In this document: in pieces, positions 60,745-64,000 of the stretch | How positions within the stretch are numbered: position 1 is the stretch's first letter | Layout: each line of letters opens with the position of its first letter | NCBI GenBank assembly: GCA_016840095.1 | Contig: JAEOSZ010000031.1 | Span: 1 to 64,000, forward strand | Source of the DNA: Candidatus Heimdallarchaeota archaeon | GTDB lineage: Archaea; Asgardarchaeota; Heimdallarchaeia; Heimdallarchaeales; Heimdallarchaeaceae | DNA length: 64,000 nt | Reading direction: 5' to 3' | Notes under the pieces: generated by a model | Databases searched by the model: none | What the model saw: the letters and a program-made list of their open reading frames with translations, nothing else | Told to the model about the DNA's origin: nothing | Made by a program: the position numbers and the translations under genes

Positions 60745-61941
60745 TTACACATCTAAAATTGATGAAAGTGTTTCTAAGAAGATTAGTATCTCCTCTTCAG
60801 TGTTGTATATATGAGTAGAAACTCTAGCTATATCGTTGTATTTCAGTTCATACATATACAAATGGGAACACAAAGCTCCACTTCTAATCTGTATACTTCT
60901 AATATCATCTAAAACAAGAGCTAAGTCATGAGCTTCAATCTTGTCACACCCGAAGGAAAGTATTGGTCCATACTCAACCCCTTCTATTTCATTGATTTCT
61001 ATGGAAGAGATATCTTTTAGATTCTTCCTTAATTCTTCATGTAACTTTTTCTCATGATCTTGAATCTTAGACAAACCAAAGTTTGACAATATTTCAAGAC
61101 TATTAACCATAGCATCAATATTAGCTACATTGACTAAACCTGTTTCAAATTTGGAACCTGAGGAATTTAGAAAATATGAATATTCTTCAAGTGCTATAAT
61201 TGAACCTCCTCCTACAATCAGAGGATCCATTGATTCATAGATCTCTTCACAAGTAATCTGAAACGCGGTCCCTAAGGGACCTAAAGCACCTATACAACCT
61301 GATGAAACAACAATATCTGGTTGAATAACATCAAAATTAGTAACTTCATGACCAACTGAATAACTGATATCAAGGATGAATGTAGCATTAACTTCTTTAC
61401 AGATTTGTGCTATTTTACCCCAATCTCTCTTCACTCCATTAGTAGCGGTTAAAGAAGAAAGGAGAACAACGTCCTTAGATGTTTGAATCTTTTCACTTAA
61501 TTTCTCAATTATATTCATTTCATCTTCTAAATTAAGATAATCTATATTTGTACCAAAAGAATTGTTTACTCGAATTGCAGGTGCAAGCACAGAGTGCTCT
61601 TCTAGAATACTTGTTGTTATTCTTCTTTCCTTAATATTGGGAATTGAGTGAAAAACATTTGTTAGAAGTGTTTCTCTTGTAGGAAAAAATGAAATCTGAT
61701 TAGGAGATATTTTGAAAATATCAGCAAGAGATTTTCTATTCTTATTCAAAAGTTGATTACTTGCAGATATTTCACTATGGATTCCTCTAACTGGAACTCC
61801 TCCAGTGGAAGCATAATAATCGATCATCTTCTTAATGGAAGAGACTGGAAGTTTTCCTACTGTTGCAGAATCTAAGTAAATTTGTTCTTGTTTTAGGTTG
61901 AATTCAATTCCGAATCTTGTAGAAGTTGTCATAAATCCCAT
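60745..61941 (-). CDS. SufS/cysteine desulfurase-like class V PLP-fold protein lacking the Schiff-base Lys
   Basis: IYLDSAT, EEHS, SSGCIGALGP (expected SGHK), FETG, RSGALCSH, RVS.HIYN. Confidence 0.85.
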   Translation of the reverse strand: MGFMTTSTRFGIEFNLKQEQIYLDSATVGKLPVSSIKKMIDYYASTGGVPVRGIHSEISASNQLLNKNRKSLADIFKISPNQISFFPTRETLLTNVFHSIPNIKERRITTSILEEHSVLAPAIRVNNSFGTNIDYLNLEDEMNIIEKLSEKIQTSKDVVLLSSLTATNGVKRDWGKIAQICKEVNATFILDISYSVGHEVTNFDVIQPDIVVSSGCIGALGPLGTAFQITCEEIYESMDPLIVGGGSIIALEEYSYFLNSSGSKFETGLVNVANIDAMVNSLEILSNFGLSKIQDHEKKLHEELRKNLKDISSIEINEIEGVEYGPILSFGCDKIEAHDLALVLDDIRSIQIRSGALCSHLYMYELKYNDIARVSTHIYNTEEEILIFLETLSSILDV

Positions 61942-61987
61942 TTGTTTTACAATAAGGAGATATTAAAATTTTCCTTGTTCAGAAATC

Positions 61988-62001
61988 AAAAGGTTTGAAT
62001 A
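61988..62001 (+). promoter_or_regulatory. putative BRE/TATA promoter for the K-turn RNA
   Basis: AAAAGG-TTTGAATA about 22 nt upstream of the RNA's 5' stem. Confidence 0.4.
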
Positions 62002-62022
62002 GTATTGAAATAAATGTACATT

Positions 62023-62120
62023 AGGGAAAATCTAGAGGATGATCGTAAGGCATTTGGTAAAGCATTTGGTAAAGCATTTGCTAGGCCAGAAAGAAGCTAA
62101 GGTGACCTATGATTTTCTCT
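62023..62120 (+). ncRNA. atypical box C/D-like K-turn RNA with triplicated LSU-rRNA-complementary guide
   Basis: 10-bp terminal stem AGGGAAAAUC/GAUUUUCUCU; C box AUGAUCG (62039-45) paired with D box GUGA (62102-05) through a compensatory C-G; internal 3x12-nt repeat. Confidence 0.7.
62045..62080 (+). repeat. 3 x 12-bp tandem repeat GTAARGCATTTG
   Basis: GTAAGGCATTTG GTAAAGCATTTG GTAAAGCATTTG read directly. Confidence 0.97.
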
Positions 62121-62121
62121 C

Positions 62122-63312
62122 TCATATTTCTGACATTATTGAATCAAGAGTTTCTAAAACAGTATTAATGTCATTTTCTGTGTTATACAAGTGAGTAGAT
62201 ATCTGTACTAAAGATTCTTTCTTTATTTCATCCATAAAGAGGTGTGAACATAACGCACCACTTCTAACATATATATTTGATAAATCTTCAAGAATTATTG
62301 CAATATCATGAGAATCAATTTCGTCACTGAAGAAGGATAAAATGGGTCCAAACTCAAGTCCTTCTTTTTCAATAATCTCTATATTCTTAATCTCTTTTAG
62401 ACCATCATAGAGAATCTTTCTTAAATTTTGTTCATGTTTTTTTATTTTTTCGAATCCAACATTTGATAGCAATTGTAAACTATTGGCTAAACCTGAAATT
62501 GCTGCAAAATTAAGAGAACCTGGTTCAAATTTATAAGGTGAAGATGACAGTTTGTAATCTGATTTATTAACTGAAACTACTGCTCCTCCGCCAATCAATA
62601 TAGGATGGAGATTATTGTTAGTTTTATCATTAACAATTTGGAATGATGCCCCATAAGGACCAAGCGCTCCGATATTCCCTGATGAAATCGTAATGTTAGG
62701 AGAAACATCACTAAAATCATAGTTTGTATGACCTATACTATTGGATAAATCCAAAACAAAGAACAATCCATTGTCTTCAGCAAGTTTAGTAATGGCTCTC
62801 CAATCTCGTAGAACACCTATACCTAAGGTTAATGAAGAAAGAACTATTGCCTTTGTTTTAGGGTTTATTCTTTCTTGTAGAGAAGCTACCAAATCAACTT
62901 CATCTTCAATTCCAGTGAAAATGATTTTGGATCCGAAATATTTGTTTACATTCAATAATGGAGTTATCACAGAATGATCATCTAGTGAACTCGAAATGAT
63001 TTCATCATCGCTCTCAAAACGTTGAGAAAATAGAGTATTAATCATTGCAGTTTCTCTGGATGGAAGAAAAGATATTTGAGAATTTTCAACAAAAAATATT
63101 TTACTAATTATAGAACGAGATTGTTCCAGAGAGCGACTGGCATAAAGTGCTATTTTATGAGTACCTCTATTAATACCTCCACCATGTTTAGAGTAAAAAT
63201 CACTCATTGCTTTAACAGAGGATTGTGGAAGCTTACCAGCAGTTGCTGAATCTAGATAGATTTCATTCTCTTCAATGATAAAATCTATGCCAAAGTGGTT
63301 TTTGACAGTCAT
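62122..63312 (-). CDS. SufS/cysteine desulfurase-like paralog lacking the Schiff-base Lys
   Basis: IYLDSAT, RGTH, SSGNIGALGP, FEPG, RSGALCSH; ATG 63312 preferred. Confidence 0.85.
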   Translation of the reverse strand: MTVKNHFGIDFIIEENEIYLDSATAGKLPQSSVKAMSDFYSKHGGGINRGTHKIALYASRSLEQSRSIISKIFFVENSQISFLPSRETAMINTLFSQRFESDDEIISSSLDDHSVITPLLNVNKYFGSKIIFTGIEDEVDLVASLQERINPKTKAIVLSSLTLGIGVLRDWRAITKLAEDNGLFFVLDLSNSIGHTNYDFSDVSPNITISSGNIGALGPYGASFQIVNDKTNNNLHPILIGGGAVVSVNKSDYKLSSSPYKFEPGSLNFAAISGLANSLQLLSNVGFEKIKKHEQNLRKILYDGLKEIKNIEIIEKEGLEFGPILSFFSDEIDSHDIAIILEDLSNIYVRSGALCSHLFMDEIKKESLVQISTHLYNTENDINTVLETLDSIMSEI

Positions 63313-63397
63313 TGACGATAGTGATAAAAATAAGATTGATTTAAACATTTGTTTCAGAACACCATTTTTTTATATATCTTCAAAATTTCAAGCATGC

Positions 63398-63853
63398 ATG
63401 GACAATAATCTAGGTAAGTTAGAAGAAAACATAGAGAAGGAAATTAGGGCATATATTAGTAATTTCAACGAAATATTGGACAATTTAACAAGCTTATCTA
63501 GCAGTATCATCAATAATAAATTCTGGAAATTACGATCTGATTTAGAGTTACTTATAATCGAGATGAAATTATATCTAAAGAAGGAAGATCTAACCGAAAG
63601 ATGGCAAGCTTCTTTTAAAAATGAACTTAAAGGAACGTCCTCTAGAAGTAAAGCTGGGATTATACTAAAGGAGTATAGGGTGAGTGTTGAAGATTCTATT
63701 AGTGTTTTCAAGAAAAAACCTGAGACAACTTATAAATATCTTTGGAAATTAAAAGAAACTATTTCCTCAGTGCTATCAGCATTTCCTGTTGAGAGAATAG
63801 AATTGTTTTATGGTGAGAAAAAACAGGTTTCAGAAGATGTGTTCGAAATCTAG
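63398..63853 (+). CDS. hypothetical helical protein
   Basis: ATG 63398 follows a TTTATATA TATA box and avoids overlap with the divergent gene. Confidence 0.6.
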   Translation: MDNNLGKLEENIEKEIRAYISNFNEILDNLTSLSSSIINNKFWKLRSDLELLIIEMKLYLKKEDLTERWQASFKNELKGTSSRSKAGIILKEYRVSVEDSISVFKKKPETTYKYLWKLKETISSVLSAFPVERIELFYGEKKQVSEDVFEI

Positions 63854-63901
63854 TTACACCTAACACTAAATATAAATTGGACCAACACTCTGAATACTTG
63901 T

Positions 63902-64000
63902 ATGAGTGCTCATTCAGCTGAGTTCCTTGAAGATAAAGATAAAATCAGGAAAGCTCTTAAGCTTGAACGATATGTCTGTCCACACAGGGAGATTAACTAT
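63902..64000 (+). CDS. hypothetical protein (partial, runs off window)
   Basis: ATG AGT GCT...: MSAHSAEFLEDKDKIRKALKLERYVCPHREINY, open to the edge; TATAAAT upstream. Confidence 0.5.
   Translation, partial: MSAHSAEFLEDKDKIRKALKLERYVCPHREINY

Noticed and set aside
62045-62080. CRISPR-like or Sm-site interpretation of the repeat
   Set aside because: 12-bp units with no spacers and no cas genes; AUUUG is too short to call an Sm site
62014-62100. 28-aa ORF MYIRENLEDDRKAFGKAFGKAFARPERS (magainin-like KAFG repeats)
   Set aside because: The ATG lies only about 12 nt after the TATA-like box, upstream of the expected TSS, with no RBS. The stem, K-turn and rRNA complementarity explain the sequence better as RNA. 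Not fully excluded.
1-64000. Selenoprotein or pyrrolysine recoding
   Set aside because: I saw no gene truncated at an in-frame TGA/TAG at a catalytic position; the missing Cys codons checked are TAC (pyrD) and GGT (60018 gene)

Overview
Gene-dense, AT-rich archaeal chromosomal segment with no mobile elements or CRISPR arrays. Archaeal markers: aIF1/SUI1, type II MetAP, geranylgeranyl reductase, PolB, BRE/TATA promoters, GGTG/GGAGG ribosome-binding sites and an intronless tRNA-Gly(CCC). Eukaryote-like proteins (Zn-ribbon+RING, TRAP-beta-like next to a Get3-like ATPase, longin-like, FYVE-like) point to an Asgard archaeon, probably Heimdallarchaeia; this is inference. The best signals lie outside the ORF track. 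(1) A complete box C/D sRNA at 11307-11375 (-) whose D guide predicts 2'-O-methylation of 16S C1402. (2) An atypical K-turn RNA at 62023-62120 (+) carrying three tandem copies of a guide complementary to LSU rRNA around E. coli 1934-1945; it sits between two cysteine-desulfurase paralogs that both lack the PLP lysine. (3) A RING gene that apparently starts at ATT and so gains an N-terminal Zn ribbon. Several full-length enzymes have lost catalytic residues: PyrD, both SufS-like proteins, one DegV and the PolB proofreading domain. All assignments come from motif reading and recalled consensus sequences; no searches were run.
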